A DNA stretch of 64,000 bases from Marinilabiliales bacterium. Its GTDB lineage: Bacteria > Bacteroidota > Bacteroidia > Bacteroidales > ML635J-15. This document shows, one piece after another, positions 41,547 through 53,320 of this stretch; the first letter of the stretch is position 1; every line of letters begins with the position of its first letter. Location of the stretch: NCBI GenBank assembly GCA_002869385.1, contig PKTB01000002.1, positions 3,264 to 67,263 of the forward strand, read 5' to 3'. Below the pieces are notes generated by a model. That model was not told the origin of the DNA. It worked only from the letters and a program-made list of their open reading frames with translations, and searched no databases. Both the position numbers and the translations under genes were made by a program.

Positions 41547-42002
41547 ATGGAAACACGAGCAAAAACAGTTGAAGAGTATTTGGAAACTCTTCCTGAGGAT
41601 AAAAAATCTGCATTAATTAAACTTAGAGATACTATTAAGCATAATATTCCTGAAGGCTTTAAAGAAACAATGGCGTATGGGATGCCATCATTTGTTGTAC
41701 CTCATGAAATTTATCCTAAAGGTTATCATGTTAATCCAAATGAACCATTACCATTTATAAGTTTTGCATCTCAAAAGAATAATATCTCGATTTATCATAT
41801 GGGAATGTATTCAGATACTAATTTAATGGACTGGTTTCTTGATGAGTATCCTCAATATCTTTCAACAAAACCAAATATTGGAAAAAGTTGTGTAAGGTTT
41901 CGTAAACCTGAACAAATTCCTTATCAGTTAATAGCAGATCTTGTTAGTAAAATGACTCCTCAGACCTGGATTGATATTTACGAAAAGAACTATCGTAAAT
42001 AA
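41547..42002 (+). CDS. DUF1801 (YdhG-like) domain protein
   Basis: TVEEYLETLPEDKKSALIKLRDTIK…MAYGMPSF…ISFASQKNNISIYHMG. Confidence 0.6.
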   Translation: METRAKTVEEYLETLPEDKKSALIKLRDTIKHNIPEGFKETMAYGMPSFVVPHEIYPKGYHVNPNEPLPFISFASQKNNISIYHMGMYSDTNLMDWFLDEYPQYLSTKPNIGKSCVRFRKPEQIPYQLIADLVSKMTPQTWIDIYEKNYRK

Positions 42003-42054
42003 ATTTGTTTTCAGTTTTTAATATTTTCTGTATTTTTATCTAAAATACAGTCTT

Positions 42055-42471
42055 ATGAAATATGTTTACATATTGGCCATTGTATTTGGTTTTGGTATGC
42101 TCGTCTATTTTTATGGGTTTAACTTTGATAATATGTCAGAGGAGCAATTAATAGATACAGTATTATATTGGTATGTTCCTTTAACTTTTGGTTTGTATGG
42201 AATTGTCGCTTATTTGGTTCGAAAAACAGCATCTAATAATCAAGCGAGAGCAATTCAACTAATGTTTTCGGGCAAGAATGTTGGATTAACAGTATTATCA
42301 GTGTTTTTATTAGCATACACAGGACTTGTTGGATTTTTAGTATTTATTATCCCATTATCTGTTATAAAACTGAGTTCAAAAATGTACGATTTTCTATCAG
42401 CGCTTATTGGTACAACTATATGGATTGGTGGACTTTGGGCATTTTTTTATTTCTTTTGGGCATCATTATAA
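42055..42471 (+). CDS. Hypothetical membrane protein (4 TM helices)
   Basis: Hydrophobic profile only. Confidence 0.4.
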   Translation: MKYVYILAIVFGFGMLVYFYGFNFDNMSEEQLIDTVLYWYVPLTFGLYGIVAYLVRKTASNNQARAIQLMFSGKNVGLTVLSVFLLAYTGLVGFLVFIIPLSVIKLSSKMYDFLSALIGTTIWIGGLWAFFYFFWASL

Positions 42472-42480
42472 AATTATATT

Positions 42481-43593
42481 ATGAGAATCAAACCATTTAC
42501 CCTCGAACGATATTTTGCAAAATATGAGTTTAGTACAAAATATTTAATCTCTAGTTCAGATTGCGATGGTTATTCGCTAGACTATATCTTGAAACAAGCA
42601 AATCAGGAAGAACTGTCATTATGGAACAACCTTAAGTTCGGATATACTGATTCTTCGGGATCTGATTTTTTACGAAAAGCAATAATTAATCAATATAATT
42701 ATATTAATGAAGATGAAGTTAAAGCTATGACACCTGGAGAAGCAAATTATGCATTAATGAATATTTTGCTTACAAAATGTGATGAAATTGTTTGTATTTC
42801 ACCTGCATATCAGAGTCTGTACCAGGTTGCCGAAAGTTTGGGTGCAAAAATTAAATTTTGGAAACCTGTGAAAATGGGTGAGGGATTTTATTTTGACACT
42901 GATGATTTAAATAATTTAGTAAATGAAAATACAAAACTTATAATTATTAATTTTCCCCATAATCCAACTGGATTTGTACCAACGATTACTGAGCAACAGA
43001 AAATAGTTGAAATTGCATCTAAGTACAATACAATCCTGTTTTCAGATGAAATGTATCATAAGATTGTTCATAAACCGGAATACGATATTCCATCGTTTTG
43101 CGATATCTACGAGAATGCAATAAGTTTATGGGGTATGGCAAAATCCTTTGGTCTTGCAGGAATGCGTTTTGGTTGGATTGCCAGTAAACGCACTGATATT
43201 TTAAACGATGTGGTTTCATTTAAAGATTATTTGTCAATTTGTAATAATGCAGCAGGAGAGGTGTTGACGACTATTGCCTTAAATCATAAGGATAAGTTTA
43301 TCGACCCGAATATTGAAAAAATAAAAAAGAATAAGGCAATATTTGTGGAATTTGTAAATAGACACTCTGATTTATTGGGATTCTCAGATACAAAAGCAGG
43401 TTCAACGGCATTTGTAAGGTTAAACTTTGATAAAAATGCATTTGATTATTGCGAAGATTTGGTTAAAAAAACAGGTATTATGATGATTCCATCAGAGATG
43501 TTTGAATATGGAAACTCCCATGTAAGGATTGGATTTGGAAGAGAGAATTTTGAGGAGGTTTTGGGAGTTTGGGAAGGGTATATTTACAGATAA
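42481..43593 (+). CDS. Class I/II PLP-dependent aminotransferase
   Basis: NFPHNPTG, and WGMAKSFGLAGMRFGW (PLP lysine context). Confidence 0.8.
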   Translation: MRIKPFTLERYFAKYEFSTKYLISSSDCDGYSLDYILKQANQEELSLWNNLKFGYTDSSGSDFLRKAIINQYNYINEDEVKAMTPGEANYALMNILLTKCDEIVCISPAYQSLYQVAESLGAKIKFWKPVKMGEGFYFDTDDLNNLVNENTKLIIINFPHNPTGFVPTITEQQKIVEIASKYNTILFSDEMYHKIVHKPEYDIPSFCDIYENAISLWGMAKSFGLAGMRFGWIASKRTDILNDVVSFKDYLSICNNAAGEVLTTIALNHKDKFIDPNIEKIKKNKAIFVEFVNRHSDLLGFSDTKAGSTAFVRLNFDKNAFDYCEDLVKKTGIMMIPSEMFEYGNSHVRIGFGRENFEEVLGVWEGYIYR

Positions 43594-43747
43594 ATATTAA
43601 CTAAATTTTTTCTATCATTGGGGAGGTAGAGGAACATTTATCGAACATGATATTGTTGGCAAGAAGGTTAAATAAAAGAATAAATTCAAATTATTTTCGT
43701 TTTAATTTTAAACCCATACAACCATTTCAAATCTGGTTTACACTTTA

Positions 43748-44284
43748 ATGCAGAGTATGGATAAGAAAACCGAGAAAATATTGGTCAAAAAGTGTTTACG
43801 AAATGATAGATTGTCGCAAAAGCAGTTATTTGATCAATATAAAGATGCAATGTATACTCTTTGTTATCGGATAACAGCCGATGAGGAAGATGCGAAAGAT
43901 GCTCTGCAGGAAGGTTTTATAGCGGTTTTTAATAGTTTGTCCTCATTTAGTTTTAAATCAACTCTTGGTGCATGGATTAAAACAATTATCGTTAGAACAG
44001 CTATTAGAAAAACTAAGAAATTGTATTTCGAATCAATTGAAAATGTAGAAGACGAATCTTACACATTTGACGAATCTTTAAATGGAGAAATGCTTCATAA
44101 AGCTATTATGATGCTTGATCCTGGTTTTCGTTCTGTGTTCATACTCTACGAAGTTGAAGGATATTCTCATAAAGAAATTGCAGAAATCGCAGATATCTCA
44201 GTAGGGACATCCAAATCACAACTTCATTATGCGAAAAAGAAACTAAAATCAATCATCGTAAATCAGTTTGAGTATGAAAGATAG
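43748..44284 (+). CDS. ECF-type RNA polymerase sigma-70 factor
   Basis: Region 2 (FDQYKDAMYTLCYRI…DALQEGFIAVF) and region 4 (EGYSHKEIAEIADISVGTSKSQLHYAKKKL). Confidence 0.85.
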   Translation: MQSMDKKTEKILVKKCLRNDRLSQKQLFDQYKDAMYTLCYRITADEEDAKDALQEGFIAVFNSLSSFSFKSTLGAWIKTIIVRTAIRKTKKLYFESIENVEDESYTFDESLNGEMLHKAIMMLDPGFRSVFILYEVEGYSHKEIAEIADISVGTSKSQLHYAKKKLKSIIVNQFEYER

Positions 44285-45509
44285 TAATTTACATAAGGCA
44301 ATACAGGAAATGCCACAATTTGAGGCTCCTGATATATGTGGAAATATCGAAAAAAATATTAAACCTACTAGAAAAAAGCTAATTGTACCCATTGTTTTAT
44401 TAATGCTTATTGCAATTAGTACAGTATTGGTTATTTCACACTATTCGAAAACACCTGTAATTGAATCCGCAAATCGCAATAACGAATTGTATAAAGATAA
44501 TACTGCATTAAATTTACATTCAGAGGATGAAAATATAGAAGAGACTTTTGAATTTACTGAAGCCGGTGATTCTCAAATAACAAGGATTACAGAAGAAAAT
44601 ACAGATATTCCAGAATATTATCCTGCTGATCTAATAGTATATTTAAATATTGATATTGATTTGTCGGATGAGGATTTGATTAATCAGGATGTTATATTAG
44701 ATACTAATGTTTCTCAATTAAAAATAGAGGAGCGAATTGTATATAAAGAAAAAGGTGTAAATCTGGTAAGAAATCCGAGTTTTGAAGATTATAGAATTTG
44801 TCCTGCAGGTATAGTAGGAAGACCTTCAAGAAAACTTATTCCTGATTGGCAAGTGCCAAACAAAGGAACTCCTGATTATTTTAATGTGTGCAGTAAAAAA
44901 GAAGCTGGTGTGCCAATAAACTTTGCAGGTCGTGCAGAAGCTCATTCTGGTGAAGGATATGTTGGAATTATTTTGCGTCAGAATTTCACCAGGGATAACA
45001 AAATCACTGGAGAAAAAGCTGTTATTTATCGTGAATACATACAAAACGAGTTAAAATCAGAATTAGTAAAAGGTAAAACATACAAGATAACTTTCTGGGT
45101 ATGCAATTCTACAAATTCAAGGTTTGCTGTTGATGGTGTAGGAGCATGTGTAACGGTCGGGAATGAATGGACAACTCATAAAGAAGTTCTTGAGATAATA
45201 CCGGTTGTTGAAAATCCGACAGGAAATGTCCTGATGAATCAAAATTACTGGGTAGCAATTGAAGGTTATTATACCGCTCAGGGTGGCGAAAAATATTTAA
45301 CAATTGGAAACTTTAAAAATAATTTCTCTACAAATTATATGATGCAAAGCAATGAATCAGCTTTCAACTACTCATATTATTATATTGATGATGTTAGTGT
45401 TATTGAGGTTGAAGAAGAAGTTGAAACCTATATAATAGACGAAAACTCAGAATCAGTTGTTGATGAAGATAATATTTCGTTAGCCGAAGAAAATTATACA
45501 GACTGGTAA
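44268..45509 (+). CDS. Single-pass membrane protein in the anti-sigma position, with a large extracytoplasmic beta-sandwich-like domain
   Basis: It overlaps the sigma gene by 17 nt, with a TM helix at about aa 37-58. The C-terminal domain is NLVRNPSFEDYRICP…WQVPNKGTPDYFNVC…GEGYVGIIL…YLTIGNF…YYYIDDVSVIE. Confidence 0.55.
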   Translation: MSMKDSNLHKAIQEMPQFEAPDICGNIEKNIKPTRKKLIVPIVLLMLIAISTVLVISHYSKTPVIESANRNNELYKDNTALNLHSEDENIEETFEFTEAGDSQITRITEENTDIPEYYPADLIVYLNIDIDLSDEDLINQDVILDTNVSQLKIEERIVYKEKGVNLVRNPSFEDYRICPAGIVGRPSRKLIPDWQVPNKGTPDYFNVCSKKEAGVPINFAGRAEAHSGEGYVGIILRQNFTRDNKITGEKAVIYREYIQNELKSELVKGKTYKITFWVCNSTNSRFAVDGVGACVTVGNEWTTHKEVLEIIPVVENPTGNVLMNQNYWVAIEGYYTAQGGEKYLTIGNFKNNFSTNYMMQSNESAFNYSYYYIDDVSVIEVEEEVETYIIDENSESVVDEDNISLAEENYTDW

Positions 45510-45567
45510 AATATAATTCATCCGTATTATAATTATTCGTAAGTTTGGGAAAACAAACCAAACAACT

Positions 45568-46212
45568 ATGAAAAATCTATTATCAATCGTAGCACTTCTG
45601 ATAATATTTAGCAGTTTTGCTTGCAACTCTTCAACAAATTCAGAAGTAAATGACAACACTGAGGAAAATCAAATAGTCAAAAAGGAATACAAACTTGACA
45701 AAGAACAATCTCTAATTTCATGGGTGCGTAATGTGGATTATAAGCACATTAGTAAGCAAGTCTTTATGTTTGGCGCTTATGTTGATGTTACAATGGATAA
45801 TGTTCAGTATGAAACATCAGGTAGTTTAATTCCAACAGAGGGTGAATTATATACCGAAGATGATATTATTGTAAAAGGAGAAGTTGAGATAGATCTTAGC
45901 TTAACACGTTTTTACAGTGAAGAAGAAGAGAGCTTTTTTGTTAATGAAACTTATCCTCCTGCAACTCTAAAAATGAATGAGTTTATTGATAATGAAGATG
46001 GTAATTTTACTGTTAAAGCTGAATTGATAATGGAAGAAACTACTGTTTCAATAGAATTTCCAGCAATTATATCTCAGACTGAAGAAGAAATTGTTTTATC
46101 CGGCGAAATTAAAGTACAATCATCCTCACTTCCTATTTTAAATCAACCTGATCCGGAAAATGTAAATATGGATGAGATTGTTTTTGGGATGGAATTGGCG
46201 TTTATTCTTTAA
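45568..46212 (+). CDS. Hypothetical lipoprotein (possibly YceI-like)
   Basis: Lipobox FSSFAC. There is only a weak resemblance to the YceI layout. Confidence 0.35.
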   Translation: MKNLLSIVALLIIFSSFACNSSTNSEVNDNTEENQIVKKEYKLDKEQSLISWVRNVDYKHISKQVFMFGAYVDVTMDNVQYETSGSLIPTEGELYTEDDIIVKGEVEIDLSLTRFYSEEEESFFVNETYPPATLKMNEFIDNEDGNFTVKAELIMEETTVSIEFPAIISQTEEEIVLSGEIKVQSSSLPILNQPDPENVNMDEIVFGMELAFIL

Positions 46213-46247
46213 ACATTTTTTTAACTTTTTAATTAGTTGATAGTTTT

Positions 46248-49200
46248 ATGTTGAAGACAAAAGTAAAATTATTGATTCTGATTATCTTATTCTTTAGTAG
46301 TTCATTAAAGGTATTTAGTCAGCCAATTATATCTTCATTACAAATAGTAGAAGTAGGAAATACTTCAGTATCTCTACAATGTGAAGTGCTAAATGAGAAT
46401 GTAAATTTTGTTACTAATAGAGGTTTTGTTTGGGATGATACAATGAATCCAATAATAGAAACAGGTATGGGATTTTCGGACTCAGGTGAAGATATTGGAT
46501 TGTTTTGTGATACTATTACAGGTTTTAATGATGGGCAGATATATTATATAAGAGCATATGCTATAAATGATGATGGAATAACATATAGTGATACAGAACA
46601 GTTTTCAACACTAGAACTGAATAATTGTGGAGTAATAACAGATTTGCGCGATGGGAATACATATGAAACAGTTGAGATTGGTGCACAATGTTGGATGGCT
46701 GAAAATCTTAGATATTTGCCAACTGTTACAGGTGATTTTGCAGATTGGTACAGTGAATCTTCAAATTACGCAGTATATGATTACATAAGTAATGACAATC
46801 TTGTTTCGCAAGCAATCCTTGAAGATGAATATAGAAATTATTGTGTACTGTACAATAGTTATGCTGCTAACGCTGCTTGCCCGGAGGGTTGGCGACTACC
46901 CACAGAAACTGATTTAAATGTATTGGAAAATTATATAATAAATACCTCAGAATTTGATCATGCTTATCTATTAAAGTCTTGTAGACAAGAGTCGTCACCA
47001 TTGGGTGAAATGTGTGAAACTGAGCAACATCCAAGATGGGATGAATCAGATTATTATGGAATTGATAATTATGGTTTTAATGCATTACCCGGAGGTTTGA
47101 GACATTTAACAGGTAGTTTTCTTGATATGGGGTCTACAGGTTACTGGTGGGGATCGAATATTAATAAGGATAATCAGTCGGTAAGATTTTCAATGTCTAT
47201 CGATAATAATAACTTAAATATTTCGTATCGTGAGCGAGAAATGGGGTATTCAATTCGATGTATTCAAGAAACATCTTTAGGAGCAATAGCTCCAGAAATT
47301 ATTACTGTTGAACCATTTGATATTACACAAATGAGTTTTGTGACAGGAGGAGAAATCGTAAATGATGGTTCGTGTTCGATTGTTGAAAAGGGAATTGTTT
47401 ATGGTAATTTTACTGGTATAAATTTATAATTAAATGACGGAAAAATTCTTTGTGGTATGAGTAGCGAGAATTATACCACAAAACTGCTTGGGTTTAATGA
47501 CGATTCAACTTACTATATTAGGGCTTATGCAATAAATCTTGTGGACACAGCTTATGGAGATGAAATTGAGATTTTAATGCCAAACTTTGATGATTGTGGC
47601 TTATTGACAGATATTAGAGATGGTAATATCTATAAAACTGTGCAAATTGGGAATCAATGCTGGTTGGCTGAAAATTTAAAATATTTACAGGAAGTAACAG
47701 GTCCCAATGAGGAGTGGGTTTCTGAAGATCCCAAATATGCAGTTTATGCTTATTTAGATGCCTTAAACTCTGTTGCAGATGCAAAGCTAGAGGAGAACTA
47801 TTTGAATTATGGCGCATTATATAATTGGCCAGCTGCACAAGATGCATGTCCTGAAGGTTGGCATTTGCCGACAAACACAGAATTGGAACAATTATTTGTT
47901 AGTGTTGAGGAGTACTCTATTGAGTATTTTGAGGAATACTTTTTGGGTTTGGGAAATGCAATGAAATCATGTAACAAGAGTCTCGAAGGTTGTTATTGTT
48001 CAACAACAAATCATCCATATTGGTCTGTTAGTAATTCTGCTGTCAGTAGAAATTTTGTTGGGTTTAATGCTTTTCCAGGAGGACACAGAACTGATGATTT
48101 CTCAGGTTTAATCTATAGTGGTAGGTTCTGGGTAGATGATTACGATTATATTAATCATACTTCAACACCTTTACTTTTTACACTTAGTCATACCAGTAAT
48201 GATTATTATCTAAACGATGTTAACATTACAGAGACATACAGCCCGGGTTATTCTATTCGCTGTATTAAACATGCTGATTTATCTGCCAGTATTCCAAGTT
48301 TAGTTTTAAATCAAGTAGGTCCGACAACAGAGAATGCTGTTGATTTAAGTGCAGAAATTACTGATATAGGAGGAGATAATATTGTGTTGAGAGGGTTTGT
48401 TATTAGTAGTACCCCATCGCCTGAATTAGAATCATGTGAATCATACAAACTTATAGAAGATCAATTATTGGAATATGCGGCTACTTTACAAGGTTTTTCA
48501 CCAAATAGCACATATTACATTAGAGCATTTGCAGAAAACAATGTTGGGATAGGTTATAGCAATGAGATTGAAATAAATACATTAGCTTTCTCAGATTGTG
48601 GTGAGTTAGTTGATTCTAGAGATGGCAAGACATATAAAACAAGCATTATAGGAGAACAATGTTGGATGTCTGAGAATCTTAAGTATTTACCATCAATTAA
48701 TGGCCCTAATTCAGATTGGTCTACAAATGAGCCAGCTTATACTGTATATGATTATACAGATGAAGCAAACTCTATTCTAGATGCTGAAGCTACTGAATAC
48801 TACAATGCATATGGTGTTTTATATAATTGGGCATCAGCCCCAAATGCATGTACAGATGGCTGGCATTTGCCGACCATAAATGAGTGGGATGTATTAATTA
48901 GTTATCTAGAACAAACATATGACCTTATTAATGAATCTAATAGCGCTTGTCAAGGTGTTGCTCATACTTTAGTTTCATGCAGGTCTTTAAATTCATTAAT
49001 TGATTGCTATTGTCAGGTTGTCGAGCATCCATATTGGAATTACGGTGTAAGTGACGACTGTAGAAGCGATTGGTTTGGTTTTTCTGTATTACCTTCAGGA
49101 ACAAGATCTTATAATGGTACTTACTCAAATATGGGCAGCTCGACAGGTTTCTGGATAGTTGGATATACTACAGATTATAATGCAAGTATTATATTCTTTG

Positions 49201-52200
49201 GTTCATCTGATAATATTAATCTATACCATCAGAATAAAAGAAATGGTTCTCCTATTAGATGCATTAAAGACTATAGCCCTTTAGCTGATGTGCCTCAAGT
49301 GTCGACAAATGATATTATATCAACCGAAGCTACTATGATTAAAGTGTAGTGTGAGGTTGTAAGTAGTGGTGGCGTTCCAGTTGTTGAAAGAGGTTTAATC
49401 TATAATACTACCCCTACTTTAGATATTGATAATAACTTGGGTTATTTAGCTAGTGGTGTAGGACCTGGGGTATATGAAGTTTCTATTAATGGTTTAGATA
49501 AAAATACTGAGTATTATTTTAGAGCTTATGCAATTAATAGTTCTGGTATTGCATATGGAGATGTGATTTCTGCAAGCACAATCGAATATGATAATTGTGG
49601 TGTTCTTTTTGACGATAGGAATGGTAAAGTCTATGAAACAGTAATTATTGGATCCCAATGTTGGATGGCCGAGAACTTAAAATATTTGCCTGAGGTCACA
49701 GGGAATGATGCTGAGTGGTATTCAACTGATCCAAGATATGCTGTATATGATTATGATGATATTGCTAATTCAACAATATATGCTCTCAGTAATCCTAATT
49801 ATGGTGATTATGGAGTCCTTTATAATTGGTATGCTGCTATTGACGCTTGTCCAGAAGGATGGCATTTGCCCGATACATTAGAGTGGTCATTTATGTTTAA
49901 AGAAATACAAGATAATTTTGGTATCGAAAACATAAATGATGAATATGGAATGGGAAATTCTCTAAAATCATGTAGACAAGGGGCAACACCATTGCAATGT
50001 GAATGTGAAGTTAATGATCAGCCTAGATGGGAATACTATAATGATGAGTGTTATGGAACAAATCTTTTCGGGTTTTCAGCTTTGCCTGGAGGTATCAGAC
50101 ATTATTTATCTGGTAATTTCGGTGATAATGGATATGTTTCATATATGTGGTCTGCAACACCTTTGGATGAAATAGATGCTTTTTGTTATTATATGCATTC
50201 AGGTTTGGGGGATATTAGACGATACGAAAGAGAGAAGGAATATGGATTTTCTATACGTTGTGTTAAAGATTTGTCTGAAGATACTGAAGAACCGGAAATA
50301 ATTACTTATACCCCTACAGATGTTACTTTAACATCTGCGCTAATTGGATGAGAGATCGTTACTAGTGACGACGTTGTAGTTTTTCAAAAAGGTGTTTTAG
50401 TTGGTATTGGACCTAATGTTACATATCAAAATAACCTAAGAACATATCTTAGCGATGATAATAGTTTAGATTTTGAGTTTTATTGTGACAAATTGATGGT
50501 TGGAACAAATTATTATTGTAAAGCATTTGCAATTACAAGTTTTGGGTTGCAGTATGGACAGGCACATCTTTTAACCACTGTTTCTGTTGAGAATTGTGGA
50601 ATAATAACTGATGAGAGAGACCTAAACTCTTATAAAACTGTTAAGATCGGTAATCAATGTTGGATGGCGGAGAATTTAAAATATTTGCCAAGTGTAGATA
50701 GTCTTTCATCTGATTTAGAAATGACTAGCCCACAATATTTTGTTTCAAGCTATTCTGGTGAAGAGAATGATGTATGGGAGGCTATAAACACTGAGGGGTA
50801 TGCGGCTTATGGCGTGCTTTATAACTGGTATGCAGCAACTGGAGGAGGAAGTGCACCTAATAATCAAATTGGAGTTCAGGTGATTTGCCCAAGTGGATGG
50901 CATTTGCCATCTGAGCAGGAGTGGATTGTTTTTGAAATGAACATGGGTATTCCGGATGAAGAAATTTTCGATTTTTATCGTGGGGATAACGAAGGATGTA
51001 AACTTGCAGGTAATTATAGTAAATGGAATATTGATTCTTTGGTGCTAGATGATGAATTTGGAGTATCAGGTTTTAATGCTTTACCAGGTGGAGCAAAATA
51101 TAATACAGGAATTAGTTCAGTAGGGGCTTATGGGAATTTCTGGGTTTCAGCTGATACAAGTGTAAATGATTTTATTTATCGACGTTTGGCCTATAGCAGT
51201 CCTCGAATTTGGAGAGGTGAATTATCCAGTTGGAATGCTGCTTTTTCAGTACGTTGTATGAAGAATTTGAATAGTGAAATAGTTGTGCCAGAAGTAATTA
51301 CAGGAGATGTAATTTCAATTTGTCCAGATTCCGTAATATTGTCTGGAAATGTGTTGTTTGATGGTAATGAATTGTTGGCTAACAAAGGAATAATAATTGG
51401 GTTAAATCCATTTTTAACTGTTGAAGATAATGTTGAGATTATATCTGATCCTTCAATTGATTTTGAGATATTTTCAACTTTTTATGGTTTAATGCAGGGA
51501 ACAACCTATTATTTTAGGGCATATGCTATAAATAGTGTTGGTACAGCTTATGGTGAAGTTAGAAGTTTTGATGCTGATTATTGTGGTGAAGTAGATTTAA
51601 ATATTGTATATTCTGAACCACAGCTTTCTTCCGAAAATAATTTAGATGTTTGTTGGGATTACGAAAATGATCAACCTAATGAAATGCAGATACAATTATC
51701 AGGGACATATCCACCTGCTGCATATCCATTGGATGATGAATCGATATACTATACTTGGGATTTTGGTGATGGAAGTCCAATTGAAGAAGGAATAGGCTTA
51801 AACGAAGTTTCACATATTTATCCTGAAAGTGGAGGATATAATCTTTTGGTAACTATTACAGATTCACAAGGTTGTGAAAATGCTAATATAATAAATCAGA
51901 TTGTTAGAGTCTCATTCCCAATTGATTGGGTATCTGAGTCCACTTATCTTTCAAATAATACTATTCTACAAGGAGAGTTTGTCGAAATGTGTGTTGCCTT
52001 TAATGATACAATTTGGACTCCGGAAATTTCATATCAGTTGTTCGAAAATACTGATACAACATTAATTATATACTGTGATGGTAATGTATATGAAACATCA
52101 TCAAGTATATTTATTGATTTATTTAATGATGGTGATATCATAAATTCAGAAAATTCATTCAATTCTGTTAATCTGAATTTAGTTCATTCATTTTTGGGAG

Positions 52201-53303
52201 ATCTTGCGATGTTTTTAGAATGTCCAAATGGTCAAAGGATGCAGCTGGTTGAACAAGATGGTGGTGGAATAAATCTGGGTGAGCCACCTGATGTAGGCTT
52301 TTGGTATACATTTGCTCCGAACGCAGATATGACACTACATGATTACGTTAACACTTTAAGTGTCGGAACTGTTAGTGCAGGGGAATTCTTGCCATATGAA
52401 AGTTTTGAAAACTTAGTGGGTTGTCCGATAAATGGAGAATGGAAGATCTTAATATATGATCAATGGTCTGCAGATACTGGATATCTTAATAGCTGGCAAC
52501 TTGATTTTACTGATGAGGTATTCACGATGTCTAATTATTCAACTAATTATCAGGTTATTGATTGGGAAGGAGGATATGGTTCTTATATGGTAGGTCCAAC
52601 AGATTCATTGTGTGTTTCTGGGACATACTTTACAACATCAACACCTGATGTGACTTCTGAAGAAATTTTTACATGTTTTGTTATAGATGAATTGGGCTGC
52701 ATGTTTGATACAAGCTTAAATATAACTGTTTTAGGATTATCAAATGGGAATCTTCCAGAGGTTGAAATTAATTCAGTAACTAATTTTACTCAAGGGTCAG
52801 CCCTCTTTACAGGTACTGTTTTAGATGAGGGGGATTACCCTGTGATGTCAAAAGGTTTTGTCTGGAGTCTTTACGAAGATCCTGTAGTTGCAGATTGTGA
52901 TGGTTTGACGAATGAAGGTGCCGGTTCTGGAGAATTTAGCAGTGTCGTTTCTAATTTGGAAAGTGGACAAACTTATTTTGTTAGATCATATGCAACTAAT
53001 GAAGCAGGTATAACATATAGTTCTTCAATGAGCCTTGATTTTATTAATGAGGAGGAGTATTTGAATTTTGATATAGATAGTTTTGATTTATATCCAAATC
53101 CTGAAAAAAAAACAGTTAGGGTAATAAATGTTACAAATAAAAATATTTTGAAGATATACGATGTTGTCGGAAAATTAGTAATGACAATAAGTATTAATGG
53201 AGATACAGATATAGATATATCAGAACTTGAAAATGGAACATATATATTTGTTGTTTATTCTGAAAAGAATGGAGTAAGACTTAAGAAGCTAATAAAGCAA
53301 TAA
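46248..53303 (+). pseudogene. Giant T9SS cargo protein: five Ig-like + FISUMP (Fibrobacter succinogenes major paralogous domain) modules, a PKD domain, a proprotein-convertase P-domain and a type-A Por sorting tail. In-frame TAA at 47427..47429, TAG at 49347..49349 and TGA at 50349..50351.
   Basis: ORFs 46248..47429, 47457..49349, 49437..50351 and 50493..53303 are all in one frame; I translated each gap and found no other stops. The FISUMP signature CWMAENLKYLP…YG.LYNW…CPEGWHLP…GG.R…(F/Y)SIRC(I/V)K occurs five times. The P-domain reads HSFLGDLAMFLECPNGQRMQL. The C-terminal LYPNPEKKTVRV…IYDVVGKLV…NGTYIFVV is a T9SS CTD. Confidence 0.85.
46626..51264 (+). repeat. Five tandem coding modules of about 1 kb each (FISUMP domain plus Ig-like spacer) inside the giant gene
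   Basis: The module starts (CG.(I/L).D.RDG..Y.TV.IG.QCWM) fall near 46626, 47595, 48591, 49596 and 50595. Confidence 0.8.
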
Positions 53304-53320
53304 ACACTTTTATTTACGTT

